A DNA stretch of 64,000 bases from an uncultured Planctomycetota bacterium. Its GTDB lineage: Bacteria; Planctomycetota; Planctomycetia; Isosphaerales; Isosphaeraceae. A model generated the notes under the pieces. The model worked only from the letters and a program-made list of their open reading frames with translations, ran no database searches and had not been told where the DNA came from. Both the position numbers and the translations under genes were made by a program. The stretch covers positions 19,239 through 83,238 of the forward strand of contig CAWJTV010000021.1 of assembly GCA_963845755.1 (NCBI GenBank). The letters run 5' to 3'. Position 1 is the stretch's first letter; each line of letters opens with the position of its first letter. This document shows, piece by piece, positions 35,053-45,682 of the stretch.

Positions 35053-37311
35053 CTATTCTGCGTGGGTCTTGAGTTTTCCAATTACTTTTCCGGGGGAACG
35101 AAACTCGTATTCCACCTTCTCGCCGTCGCGAACCTGTCGGATCCCCTCGAGAACGATCCTATCGCCCGGAGTCACACCGACTCCCTTCTGAATGACGAAG
35201 ATGTCGTCCGTCTCGTGCTGGACGACGATCCCGCGCCGATGCGCCACGTCATCTTTGTCGACGGCGTAAACGTACCGCTTGTCCATCATTTCGTAAGTCG
35301 CCCGCATCGGGATGACGATGGCGTCATGCAACTTTCGGTGGATCAGGATGGTGCCGGTCTGACCGTGACGCAGCAGGCTGGCCGGGTTCGGAAAATCCGC
35401 CCTGAACGCGATGTTCCCGGTCTCATTCTTGAATTCGGCCTCGATCGCACCGAGGCGGCCGGGCTGCGGGAACCTGGTCTGGTTCGCCAGCACGAGTTCG
35501 ATTTTGTCCTCCGCCTCATGCTGCTTCCGATTTGCCATGTATTCGAGGTATTGTTTCTCGGGTACACTGAAATAAACCCAAATCACGCTGTTATCCGACA
35601 ACGTTGTGAGGGTGTCGCCCTCCTTGACGAGGCTACCCAGTTGCTCGTGCCGGCGGCCGAGGATGCCGTCGAAAGGTGCTCTGACGAAGGTCCAGTTCAA
35701 TTCGGCCTTCGCCATGTACGCCTTGGCCTGGGCCTTTGCCAGTTTGGCCTGAAACAGTTTCACCTCATTCTGAGAGACGACCGGCGGTTTTTGCTTGGAC
35801 AACTTCTCGGCGTTATTGAGCTCCAGTTGCGCGACCTGGACCTCGGCCAGCTCGGCGTCCAGCTTTGCCTGGTTGACATTTGGTGCGATCTGGAACATCA
35901 GATCGCCCTTCTTTACCGCCTGGCCCTCCCTGACGTTGATCTGGTTGAGATACCCGTTCACCAAGGCACGGACGTTGATGTGGCGCCAAGAGTGGATCTG
36001 GCCGACATATGGCTCGGTGATGTCAACGTCCATTGCCTTCGGGCTGGTGAGCACGATCTTAAGGCGCTCCTGGTCGTTCCCAGATCGGGAGGGATTCGCA
36101 CCCGAGGGGTTCGCAGCGTTCTGTTTCTGGCTTGCCGGACCGACAATCTCAATGGGTCGTCTCCCGGCAGCGTCCGCCGGAGATCGGCCCGTTTTCTCGT
36201 CGGCGACCTCGACTCGAGTGTCGCCGTGACGCCTTTCCCCGGCAGTCTGGCGATCGGGCTCGCCGTCGCGCTTGGGCTGAAAGAGAATGAGCGCGCCTGG
36301 TGCGTCGACGCGTATCGGTGTGTCGCCGGTCATCTCGACGACCGCCACCTTGCGCGGCGGCTCGCCGTTGCGAGAGACCAGAATGTGGTAGGTCCAGCCC
36401 GGTGAGACGACGTGCTTGGGCTTGACGGTCCCCTCCTTCGGTCTACCGATTCCCGATTGGGCGAGAGCGACAGCACCGGCCGCGAGCGCTGCCACGACCG
36501 CTGCGGCCGTCATCACGAGTCTGACCTTGCGCAGGAACATGGATATGAGGACTCCTTCGGTAATGACAGCGACCGATGTAGGGACGGCGCACGGCGATGC
36601 CGCGTAAGCGACCGTCGACTCTGTCAAGCCTGTCGGCACAACCGCGCGAGCGGCGCCGCCGGCGGATGCGGCCGCCAACGCCCCCGCGGGTGCCACGCCC
36701 CGACGCACGAGCCGTCCGCGCAGCCTTTTCCTTCCCCGGGCGAGGCGGCTCTTGACTGTTCCGACCGCGCATCCCAGATGACGCGCGGCCTGCTCGTGGG
36801 TGCGGCCCTCGAGATCACAGAGCACCACCGCAGCTCGGAAGCGACCCGGCAGGCGGTCGATCTCCTCATGGATGAGCTTCTCGAGGTCGTCATCGTTGGC
36901 ATGATGCGGCGGCGCCGCCGATCCTGGGCGGAGCGCGGCCGCCGCCTGTTCGTGCGAGCGGCGCCGGATTGCCGCCGATCGGTCGTGAAGCGCTGCCCGA
37001 TAGGCGGCCTGATGCAGCCACGGGGCCAGTGAGTCTTGTGTCCAGAGCGATGCGGCCTTGCGAGCCAGGGCCAAGAACGTTGCCTGAAATGCGTCTTCGG
37101 CCGCGTTCTCGTCGCGCAGGACGGAACGACAAACGCGCAGGACAAACGGCCCGTGGCGCTCGACCAGCGCGGCAAAGGCCAACTCTCTCGGCTCACCGCG
37201 GCCGGTGGCGAACCGCTCGAGCAACTGGCCGTCGGAGCGCGCGCCGATCGCGCCCTCGTTGAAGAGCGTCTGCAGTTGCAAGAGCGCGTTGCCGCTGTTC
37301 TTGACCGCCAT
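35053..37311 (-). CDS. ECF sigma factor fused via a TM segment to an RND efflux periplasmic adaptor (MFP) domain
   Basis: AEDAFQATFL, GTVKSRLARGR; TM ~aa 265-285; VRALVNGYL..VREGQAVKKGD, VRAPFDG, LLRHGQ. Confidence 0.88.
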   Translation of the reverse strand: MAVKNSGNALLQLQTLFNEGAIGARSDGQLLERFATGRGEPRELAFAALVERHGPFVLRVCRSVLRDENAAEDAFQATFLALARKAASLWTQDSLAPWLHQAAYRAALHDRSAAIRRRSHEQAAAALRPGSAAPPHHANDDDLEKLIHEEIDRLPGRFRAAVVLCDLEGRTHEQAARHLGCAVGTVKSRLARGRKRLRGRLVRRGVAPAGALAAASAGGAARAVVPTGLTESTVAYAASPCAVPTSVAVITEGVLISMFLRKVRLVMTAAAVVAALAAGAVALAQSGIGRPKEGTVKPKHVVSPGWTYHILVSRNGEPPRKVAVVEMTGDTPIRVDAPGALILFQPKRDGEPDRQTAGERRHGDTRVEVADEKTGRSPADAAGRRPIEIVGPASQKQNAANPSGANPSRSGNDQERLKIVLTSPKAMDVDITEPYVGQIHSWRHINVRALVNGYLNQINVREGQAVKKGDLMFQIAPNVNQAKLDAELAEVQVAQLELNNAEKLSKQKPPVVSQNEVKLFQAKLAKAQAKAYMAKAELNWTFVRAPFDGILGRRHEQLGSLVKEGDTLTTLSDNSVIWVYFSVPEKQYLEYMANRKQHEAEDKIELVLANQTRFPQPGRLGAIEAEFKNETGNIAFRADFPNPASLLRHGQTGTILIHRKLHDAIVIPMRATYEMMDKRYVYAVDKDDVAHRRGIVVQHETDDIFVIQKGVGVTPGDRIVLEGIRQVRDGEKVEYEFRSPGKVIGKLKTHAE

Positions 37312-37351
37312 GAGTCGTCACTTCCGGTCGGGTTTCCGCAAATCTCACAAG

Positions 37352-37381
37352 TAAACGCCGCGAGCGGCCTCGCGCGTTCCC
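37352..37381 (-). promoter_or_regulatory. Candidate ECF-type promoter upstream of the ECF-MFP gene
   Basis: Minus strand GGAAC-N18-CGTTTA, ~40 bp before ATG. Confidence 0.35.
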
Positions 37382-37835
37382 GATTTTGTTGCTCGCCAAA
37401 TGATTTTAAGTCCAGGTTCGGAGTTACCGGGGACACCATGTCTGCCGGCGTTACCGCTGGTGCTGAACCGAGACACCGAGGTTACTACTATTATTGCGCG
37501 GCCCACGGCGTAGAAGTCAGATGCTCGCGCTCCGAATGCGCTCGATCCTCAGTGTCACTCGCCAGCATGGTGACAAGGATCGACCCGCTAACTCGAGCGA
37601 TAAATCGCCGCAAACGGCTAGCCGGATGGCTTTCCGTCTCGATCCGTTGACAGCGAATTCAACCGGGAATTCGAGGCGGCGTGAAACAAGACCGCATCTC
37701 ACTTAGACGTAAGTCATTACGATTAAGACGCCATGCCTTAAAATAACAGGCACCTTGCCTTAGAATCGAGCATGGTGCGAAACAAGCGTGGTGCGAAAGC
37801 CGAAGACGAGTCCGTTCTCGAGGAAAGGAAATCTC

Positions 37836-38858
37836 ATGATGACCGAAATGTTCCCTGTTCGTTTCTGGATCACGCTCACAGTCGCGGCCCTGTCCCTCTC
37901 TCCGGCGACGCTTTCCGCCGACGATCAGGAAATTCAGAATCCTGGAAAATCCGTGCGACTCATCTGGTTTCCGCGATTCTCGCCCGATGGCAAACGGCTG
38001 ATCACGGCGCACGGCAGTTGGGACGCGAACCAAGGGGGCGAAGTCCGTCTGTGGGAGGCAGAAACGGGCAAGCCGAAATTTGTCATCACGACCGAGCGCG
38101 GTGTGCGGACTGTCGCATGGGCTCCGAATGGGAAATCATTCGTGTCGGGCGATTACGGGGGAAGCATCTTCTTCTACGACGCCGAGACGGGGAACCAAAC
38201 CGATCAGATCAAACTTCCCAGAAATGTCGAGGTGCTGCAGTGTTCTCCCGACGGAAAACGTCTCTTTGCCGCCGTTGGAGACGGTTCCGTTCGGGTGTGG
38301 GAAGTCCCCTCGAAAAATCAGGTTTACACCTGGAAGATGCTTCATCGGGGAGGCATCTGGGGGATGGCCCTGTCGCCCAACGGCAAGATGCTCGCCACCG
38401 CAGGGCAAGATCATTTCGCGCGCCTCCTGGACACCGAGAATTTCAAAGTTCTGCACGAATTCGAACATCCCGCGGACGTCAACGGCGTCGTCTTCTCAAA
38501 TGATAACAAAACACTGCTGACCGGCTGCGGTGACGCGGCGATTCGGGTCTTTGACGTCGCATCGAGCCACGAGATCCGCAAACTCGAGGGGCACACCCCC
38601 GGCAGCGTCACAGATCTGGATTTCTCGCCCGACGGCAAGTTCCTGGCAAGTGGCGCCATGGATCGCACCGTTCGCATCTGGGATCTGGTCGATTTCGAAA
38701 GTCCGAAAGTGAAGTCCACGGTCGGCGGCTTCAATGATTTTGTCTTCGGCGTCGCCATTTCTCCGAACGGGAAATGGCTGGCCGCCGTCGGCTGGGACGA
38801 TCAGATCAAGCTTCTGGACCTCTCGACGGTGGAAGAAAAATGGTCTTGGAAGCGGTGA
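37836..38858 (+). CDS. Exported WD40 beta-propeller protein
   Basis: SD AGGAAAGGA; signal peptide; repeats FSPDGK...RIWD. Confidence 0.9.
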   Translation: MMTEMFPVRFWITLTVAALSLSPATLSADDQEIQNPGKSVRLIWFPRFSPDGKRLITAHGSWDANQGGEVRLWEAETGKPKFVITTERGVRTVAWAPNGKSFVSGDYGGSIFFYDAETGNQTDQIKLPRNVEVLQCSPDGKRLFAAVGDGSVRVWEVPSKNQVYTWKMLHRGGIWGMALSPNGKMLATAGQDHFARLLDTENFKVLHEFEHPADVNGVVFSNDNKTLLTGCGDAAIRVFDVASSHEIRKLEGHTPGSVTDLDFSPDGKFLASGAMDRTVRIWDLVDFESPKVKSTVGGFNDFVFGVAISPNGKWLAAVGWDDQIKLLDLSTVEEKWSWKR

Positions 38859-39065
38859 TTTCAATATGCCCCGCGGCTTTGCCAGCGCGCCCCGAAATTC
38901 CATCCTGTCGCAGGCGCTCGTGAACGATGATCCCGATCCGTGGACAGCGGTTGACACCATCCCGTAACGCCTGTCAGCCTCGGGCCGGAAGTTCAGTGAC
39001 TCCGCCGAACTCATCGCCGAGGACCGTCTCCGATGATCGAAATAGGAGCTGACGGGAACGGACCG

Positions 39066-40442
39066 TCAACGAGACCGTCGCTGTGGCGGATCGCCATTGT
39101 CCGGTTTGTGACCAGGATGGCCGGCCGCGAGGTCGTCCGGGCTCCGAGTTGGATCGTAAGTGCCCGCGGCACATCGGCGCAAGAGCATCGCCGTCGGGTC
39201 GGCCGAGTAGCGTTCCCCGGCGGCGGGGGCAGGACGCGATTGTATAGTAAGATCACCGAGGCTTTCGGCCGGTATCCGCGGTGCCGTTCGATCTCCTGCA
39301 TGATCTCATTCAGCGGCCGGCCCTCAACGACGAAGCGGTAGATCCCCATCCAGGCTGGTGAACGATCCATGCAGCCGTGACAATGCACGAGGATCGGCCA
39401 GGCCGATGGATCCTGCGCCAGCGCCAATGTCTGGTCGAGGAAGGCATTGGATGCCGCCGGCGAGGGATCGGAGGGGCTGGCAAGGTATCGGATCCCGTGC
39501 TCGCGAATGAACTTCAGCTCGTCGCCCAGGATCGGACTACGCTGGGCGGTTTCTTCGGGAAAGAGGTTGATGATCGTGCGGAAGTGCCGGCGTTCCTGGG
39601 CGATCTCCAGACCGCGACGGGTGGGCATGGCGCTGAGGTAGATCCGATCTGGTACGACGACCTTGAGCCGGGCCAGCGGGCGGTGATACCACGTCAGGTC
39701 GATCCCCAACACCACCAGGATCAGCCATGCCGCCGGCGCGAGGACGCCCACAACCCACCGGCTCCGCCGCGACTTCAGTCGTGGTAACAGCTCGATCAGG
39801 AGACCCAGGTCGAAGGCCAGGACGCCCAGATCATCGCCCAGCGGGGCCAGTAGCCGCGGGGCTCGATGCCCGGGATCTCAAATTGACGGGCGACTGCGAG
39901 CAAGACGGCTGCAACCCAGAGCCAGCCCGTTCCCCGGGCACGCGAGGTGTGCCAGCACTCACGCAGTCGATCCCTGCATCGCCAGGCTGTTCCCGCAATG
40001 ACGGCGGTCAGCACCAGTGCGGCCGCCAGCAGGGCCCCGCGCACGCCCAGGGCGCGCGGGGATCGGCGATCGTCCGCCAGCCCAGGCCATGCCAGCCGTT
40101 GACCGTCGGGCCTGGCGTCGCGCTGTACCACAGACCGGCCAGGCCGATCGCCAATGCGGCTGGCCAGGATCCACGGTCCCGGATGACCGCAAGGCCGCCG
40201 GCCGCCAGGACCACGCTCGCCGCGGCGAAGTAGAGCTCGATCCGATCCAGCGTATCTCCCGGCTCCGCAAGACGGTACGCCGCGGGCGGCACGATGCTGA
40301 ACCACGGCCGCTCGACCTTGGGAAACTCCGGGTCGATGTCCTCGTCGAAGTCCAGGACGTGCCAGACCGCCGGAATGATCGTCAGGGCCAGGACCAGCCA
40401 GGGCCATTGTCTTCGCAATCCCTTCAAGCCATCCCGGCTCAT
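39066..40442 (-). CDS. Membrane protein with C-terminal Cys-dependent (PTP/DSP-like) phosphatase domain; several frameshifts
   Basis: TM-rich N-terminus; RTIINL; ILVHCHGCMDRSP as CX5R loop. Confidence 0.7.
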
Positions 40443-40583
40443 GCACGTCTCCTGATGGGAAGTCCTCTGCAGTAGGGTGAGGTGATCTGCGAGCAATGAT
40501 ATCGATCTCGGAGGCGACAATTGGTGCTCACATAGCAAACCAAGACCTTGCGTCAGAGCGAGCAGAGCCGCGCCCCTCCCGGA

Positions 40584-41516
40584 TCATGCCACCTCGTTGA
40601 GGTTGTTCGATCCGTCCCAGAAAAAATAATCATTGCTGTTGGACGGATACTGCCGGACCTGATCCTCGAGGATTTCGAGGAAGTGGCGCACCCACTGGCC
40701 GGTTTCGCCCTTCTCGGGAGCGTCCTTGGGGACGTGGAAGGCGGGTCGGAACTCGATGTGGTAGCGGCCGTCGGGCTCCATCCGGCAGAAGACCATCACG
40801 ACCGGCGCCTCGGTCATCGCGGCGAGGACGACCCAGGTCGTGGAGAACCGCATGGTCTTGCCCAGGAACGGAGCTTCCTCAGTGAGCTGACCAGTCCATC
40901 GGACGTCACCGGCGAGATAGAGCAGCAACCCGGCCTTGAGTGCGCGGGCCGCTCGGAGGATCGAGCTGGCCGAGTCGGCCGGGACCCCCTGCCGGGAAAT
41001 GAACAATTTGTCCTGACCGAGCGGCCCCTCCGTCTCGAAGTGCCGGGCCATGTACCGCGAGATGTGCCGGGGACGCTCCATGTAGAACCGGACGGGGAAG
41101 TTCTCGCGGAACAGCCAATGCGCCGGCAGCAGATGGGCTCCGAAGTGGCTGGCCAGCACGATTCCGCCGCGACCCAGGCCGTATGCCGCGTCCAGGTGCT
41201 CGCGCCCCGACACGCGGAACATCGCGTTCGCGCGGCGGTCGGGGACGCCGTCGAGGAGCAGGTCCCGCGTCCGCCACAGCACGTGATTCCCGGCCAGCTC
41301 CCGGCTCACCTCCGGCACGTCCCACCGGCAGCCGAGGAGGGATTGCCCGCGGTTGACCGCCTGCTGGAACGTCGACCTCAGCCGGTGCGAGACACGGTAC
41401 TCCATCCGCCCGATCCCCGAGACGAACCGCGATGCCACGGGCAGCGGCAGGCCGCGAATGATCGGCAACCACATCCTGAGAAAGCCCTTACGGATGTTGA
41501 GCCCGCGTCGTTCCAT
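40584..41516 (-). CDS. LpxL/HtrB-type lipid acyltransferase
   Basis: VSGREHL, LASHFG, LKAG...LAGD, QYPSN..YF. Confidence 0.82.
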   Translation of the reverse strand: MERRGLNIRKGFLRMWLPIIRGLPLPVASRFVSGIGRMEYRVSHRLRSTFQQAVNRGQSLLGCRWDVPEVSRELAGNHVLWRTRDLLLDGVPDRRANAMFRVSGREHLDAAYGLGRGGIVLASHFGAHLLPAHWLFRENFPVRFYMERPRHISRYMARHFETEGPLGQDKLFISRQGVPADSASSILRAARALKAGLLLYLAGDVRWTGQLTEEAPFLGKTMRFSTTWVVLAAMTEAPVVMVFCRMEPDGRYHIEFRPAFHVPKDAPEKGETGQWVRHFLEILEDQVRQYPSNSNDYFFWDGSNNLNEVA

Positions 41517-41600
41517 CGACGACCCCTCCCCACCCCATCATGCAGGATCTCTTGCGAAGTCGTCCGCGAGGGGATTCCTTCCCCCCCGGTGCGACGAATC

Positions 41601-41870
41601 TCAAGAGCCAGCCGATTCGCGCCGTTCCGTCAAGTAAGCCGCCAGGTCGGCGACCCGGCATAAGTTTGGCACAGCATCCTCCTCGATGGCAACGTCAAAA
41701 TCATCCTGGAGCTGGAGGATCAGGCCGACCAGGTCGAGGGAATCGATCGCCAGGTCTTCCACCAGGCGCGAGTCGCCGGTGATCGGGAGGCCGGCCGGGA
41801 CCCTCGCGGCCTTCCGGATGACGTTGACCACCTGGGCGAGCAGGGCTGACTTGGTCATGGCCGGTGTCAT
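41601..41870 (-). CDS. Acyl carrier protein
   Basis: EDLAIDSLDLV phosphopantetheine motif; ATG overlaps the KS stop. Confidence 0.88.
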   Translation of the reverse strand: MTPAMTKSALLAQVVNVIRKAARVPAGLPITGDSRLVEDLAIDSLDLVGLILQLQDDFDVAIEEDAVPNLCRVADLAAYLTERRESAGS

Positions 41871-43128
41871 GCTGGGATTCTCCTGAGGATCAGGGCGTTG
41901 TTGGTGCCACCGAATCCAAACGATGCGGTCAGGACGTGATCGAGTCGGGCGGCGCTGCGCCTGGTTGGGCACATAATCCAGGTCGAGCTCCGGATCGGGA
42001 AGATAGTTAATGGTCGGGGGAATGACCTGGTCGCGGAGCGCCCGGACGGAGACAGCCGCCTCGATGGCCGAGGCGGCGCCGAGGCTGTGTCCCAGTGCCC
42101 CCTTGATGGAGCTGATGGGCAGCCGCCGAGCGGCGTCCCCGAAGACCTCCTTGAGAACCCGGGTCTCCACTTGATCGTTGAGGATCGTGCTGGTGCCGTG
42201 GGCGTTATAGTAATCGATCGACGGCGGGTCCAGCCCGGCACGCTGTAACACCGTGGCGAGACAGCGCACAATTCGCTCGTGGCAGGGCATCGCCATGTGG
42301 TAACCGTCGGAATTGGTTGACCAGGCCAGGAGCTCGGCCTGGGGCTCGAGCCCCAGTCGTCCGACGGCGGTCTCCGTGGCCAGGACTCAGCGCCCCCGCT
42401 CCCTCGGCGAGGACGAAGCCGGCACGGTCCGCGCTGAAGGGGCGGCTGGCCAGGGCCGGATCCTGCTCCGAACGATCGCCGGGCTTGCGTCCCAACAGAG
42501 CCTTCATCGTCGCGAAGCCGTTGACCACCGGCGGCGTGAATGCACTCTCCCCCGCGCCGCAAAGGGCCACATCAGCCTCGCCCGCACGCAGGAACAGCGC
42601 ACCCAGGGCCACCGCGTGGCCGCCCGATGCACAGGCGTTGGCCGGCGCGGCACTAGGGCCATAGAGCCGAAGGTGCTGGGCGATCTGTCCGGCGGCCTGA
42701 TTGATGATCATCGCCGGGACCAGGTACGGGCTGATCGCCGGGCTCCGGCGTTTGATCATGCGCGCCTGCTCGGCCTCCAGCAGGTCGAGTCCACCGAAGG
42801 CCGAACCCATCACCACCGCGGCCCGATGAGGGTCCAGTTCGGCCTCCCGACGGTCCAGCCCCGACTCGGACCACGCCGACCGGGCCACCGCCATCGCCAG
42901 ATGAAGGAACCGCGCCGAGAGCTTCGAAATCGCCGGATCCTCCGTGGCCGTCCCAGGCCCGAGATCGGTCACCATTCCCCCGATATCCTGGAGGAATGTC
43001 TCCGAGACCAGCGCAGGGTGCCGGCCGATCCCTGACCGCCCCGCAATCAGGCCGCGCCAGGTCGAATCCATATCGCGACCCAGGCAGGTTACTGCGGCGT
43101 GCCCCACGACGAATATCCGCTCCGTCAT
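41867..43128 (-). CDS. FabF-type beta-ketoacyl-ACP synthase (frameshifts ~42390, ~41955)
   Basis: NACASG (Cys), SRPF..DRAGFVLAEGAG, NAHGTST, KGALGHSLGA, SFGFGGTN. Confidence 0.9.
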
Positions 43129-43348
43129 CCCGGCCTCCCACTCCGGTTCTCGGTTCCGATCCGGCCAGTCACGCCATCAACCGGCATGCCGAAAAACCGC
43201 AAGTTTCATAATAATCGTCAGATTACTCGCAATCCCTTGAGTCGATTTCCCCGCCAGCCTGTTGATCTCACGAGGATTCTCCATTACCGAGGAACGTGCG
43301 AACCGTGCCAGATCCCATTCCCCGGCCATCAGTGATAGGCGCAAAACC

Positions 43349-44212
43349 ATGCAGCTCATCAAGTTTACTACTCACGACGACCCTACGCCCCACGTGGGTC
43401 TCGTTCAAGATGATCAGATCATTCCCCTCTTCGCGGGAAATCAATGCCTCAGTGACTTGTTGCATGCGTCCGATCGCGAGGCGGCCGTTCGTAGTCGATT
43501 GGCCGGTGCACCCGCGCCAGTGGCGGTCGGGAGGGTCCGGATCCTGGCACCTCTGGATGAGCAGGAGGTTTGGGGGGCCGGTGTGACGTATGAGCGGAGC
43601 AAGGTGGCCAGGCAGGAGGAATCGGAGCGCGGTGCCACGTTTTACGATCAGGTGTACACAGCCCCGCGTCCCGAGCTGTTCTTCAAGGCGACTTGCAGCC
43701 GGGTGGCGAACCCGGGCGAGCCGATCCGGGTCCGGCGCGACTCGAACTGGTCGGTGCCCGAGCCCGAGTTGGCCCTGGTCTTGAGTCCGGCGCTGGAGCT
43801 GGTCGGATTCACGATCGGCAACGATGTCAGCGCCCGGGACATCGAAGGGGAGAATCCGCTCTATCTTCCGCAAGCCAAGGTCTATGACGCCTGCTGCGCC
43901 CTCGGCCCGTCGATCACGCTGGCCGGCGCCATGCCGCCGCGTGCGGAGATCGGCATTCGCCTGGACATCGACCGGGCGGGTGAGTGCGTCTATTCGGGTG
44001 CGACCTTCGTCGCCCGAATGGCCCGGCGATTCGAGGAGTTGATCGACTGGCTCGGCCGGGACAATCGATTCCCGAACGGAGTAATCCTCCTGACCGGGAC
44101 CGGGATCGTGCCACCGGACGAATTCCATCTGGAGGCTGGCGATACGGTCCGCATCACCATCGATGGGGTTGGCACACTGGTCAACCCGGTCATCCGGGGC
44201 GATGCGCCGTGA
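43349..44212 (+). CDS. Fumarylacetoacetate hydrolase family protein (2-keto-3-deoxy-pentonate dehydratase-like)
   Basis: EVWGAGVTY, RPELFFK, VPEPEL, GNDVSARDIEGENPLYLPQAK, LTGTG. Confidence 0.9.
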   Translation: MQLIKFTTHDDPTPHVGLVQDDQIIPLFAGNQCLSDLLHASDREAAVRSRLAGAPAPVAVGRVRILAPLDEQEVWGAGVTYERSKVARQEESERGATFYDQVYTAPRPELFFKATCSRVANPGEPIRVRRDSNWSVPEPELALVLSPALELVGFTIGNDVSARDIEGENPLYLPQAKVYDACCALGPSITLAGAMPPRAEIGIRLDIDRAGECVYSGATFVARMARRFEELIDWLGRDNRFPNGVILLTGTGIVPPDEFHLEAGDTVRITIDGVGTLVNPVIRGDAP

Positions 44213-44361
44213 ACCGGTTGCGCACGGCAGGCTTCAATATGAAACCAGCCGTGCCCTCCCTGGCGGGAGGACACGGCCGTCGAACACGTCTTCGGTAGAT
44301 CCGAGGATGCGTGGAGTCAATCTAATTGGCGACACATCGAGCCGCCCATCCGTCTCTGCAA

Positions 44362-44571
44362 TCACTTCGGCTTTTCAGCCGCAGGGCCCGCCGGCGCAGG
44401 GGCCGGAGCCTTGTTCTCGGAGCCGCCAGGAGCCTTGGGAGCTCCGGCGGGAGCTCCGGCCGGAGACGTGCCCGAGGGGGTGGATTCTTCGTTGCAGCCG
44501 GCAATCACGACGAGCGACAGCATCATGCTCGAAAGGATTGAGAACACCTTGATTCCGAGCTTGATTCTCAC
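44362..44571 (-). CDS. Small Pro/Ala-rich lipoprotein
   Basis: GTG start after AAGGAG; VVIAGC lipobox. Confidence 0.65.
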   Translation of the reverse strand: MRIKLGIKVFSILSSMMLSLVVIAGCNEESTPSGTSPAGAPAGAPKAPGGSENKAPAPAPAGPAAEKPK

Positions 44572-45121
44572 TGTGGTTCTCCTTCGAAAAGGCGCATCGC
44601 GGCCGGACGACTCAAGATTGTTCACCCAGGCGGCACACACGCCGCAACGCCGTAACTCGGTGTGATATTACGGGAGAGACTCTGGCCGCGTCTCATCACG
44701 GGGTCGGATTATAGTGAAGGACAGCTCCCGTTCGCAACGGATTAATTCGTTTTTCCTTCCGGATCGGCCGAAGTTGCCCGTCTGTCTTCGTGACCTGCGC
44801 CCGATCCGATCGCATACGGGCTCTCCATGCATCACCTTCCGAACGCGACGTCTTTGGGGCCTCCTACCGGCTCGATCCGCAGGGCCGTTGCATCGCGACG
44901 TCTTTCTCCCCGTCGGCGACGCTTCTCGGTCAAGATGGTCCTGTAACGAGTTCGATGTTGAATCGGCGAGACCTGCCGTGCGGCCCACGCCGTGAGATTC
45001 CACCGGTGCGGGCCGTGAGCTCGACCCTCCGCTCAAAACGATCACGGCGGGACGTCGGGATGTTTCCATGATGGACTCCAGCCGCAGGAGTTCTTGACTC
45101 CCTCTCGACCGGAGGCGTGCC

Positions 45122-45403
45122 ATGAAATCGACCGTCAATCGAACTGCTACCGGGCCCTTCGAGATGATGGATATGATCGCGGAAATCATCCGGAGCATCT
45201 CGGCCCGGGCACGGACCGCGACGATCACGGCGGATTCGCTCTTGCTCGAAGACCTCGCTTTGGACTCACTCGATCTGGTTGCGGTCATCCTCCGGGCTCA
45301 AGACCATTTCGAGGTGGAGATCGACCCCGACGAGATCACGGAGCTCCGATCCGTCAACGACCTCGTCGCCAGCCTCACCGAGCACTTGCGCAAGGCCGCC
45401 TGA
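45122..45403 (+). CDS. Acyl carrier protein (second)
   Basis: SD GGAGG; EDLALDSLDLV. Confidence 0.88.
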   Translation: MKSTVNRTATGPFEMMDMIAEIIRSISARARTATITADSLLLEDLALDSLDLVAVILRAQDHFEVEIDPDEITELRSVNDLVASLTEHLRKAA

Positions 45404-45682
45404 GACATTTCCTCGTCCAGTCGTCCGTGTCCCGTTGGTCAACGCCTCCGAGTTCGCCGGGATCCCGGCGGGAGCCAAGGACTCAAGGACTCGAGGATGA
45501 ATGGACAAGCTCGTATGGTTCTGGCACTCTAGACGCGGCACGAGCTGAACTGCAGCGAGTTCCTCCCTCGGGGCATTCCTGCGGGCCCTAGGCGGCGCGG
45601 GAGGCCGCCGGCGCGCCCGGTCTGACGATTTGCTACACCGTGCGGATGGAACCTTCAATCCTCCTATCCAGACGTATGCTCC

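Noticed and set aside
33124..43128. Type II PKS cluster including the P450
   Set aside because: Single KS, no chain-length factor or cyclases; the P450 lies in a separate inserted islet
44600..45120. Riboswitch or tRNA in the divergent intergenic region
   Set aside because: No cloverleaf or known aptamer consensus recognised by eye; an Rfam scan would be needed
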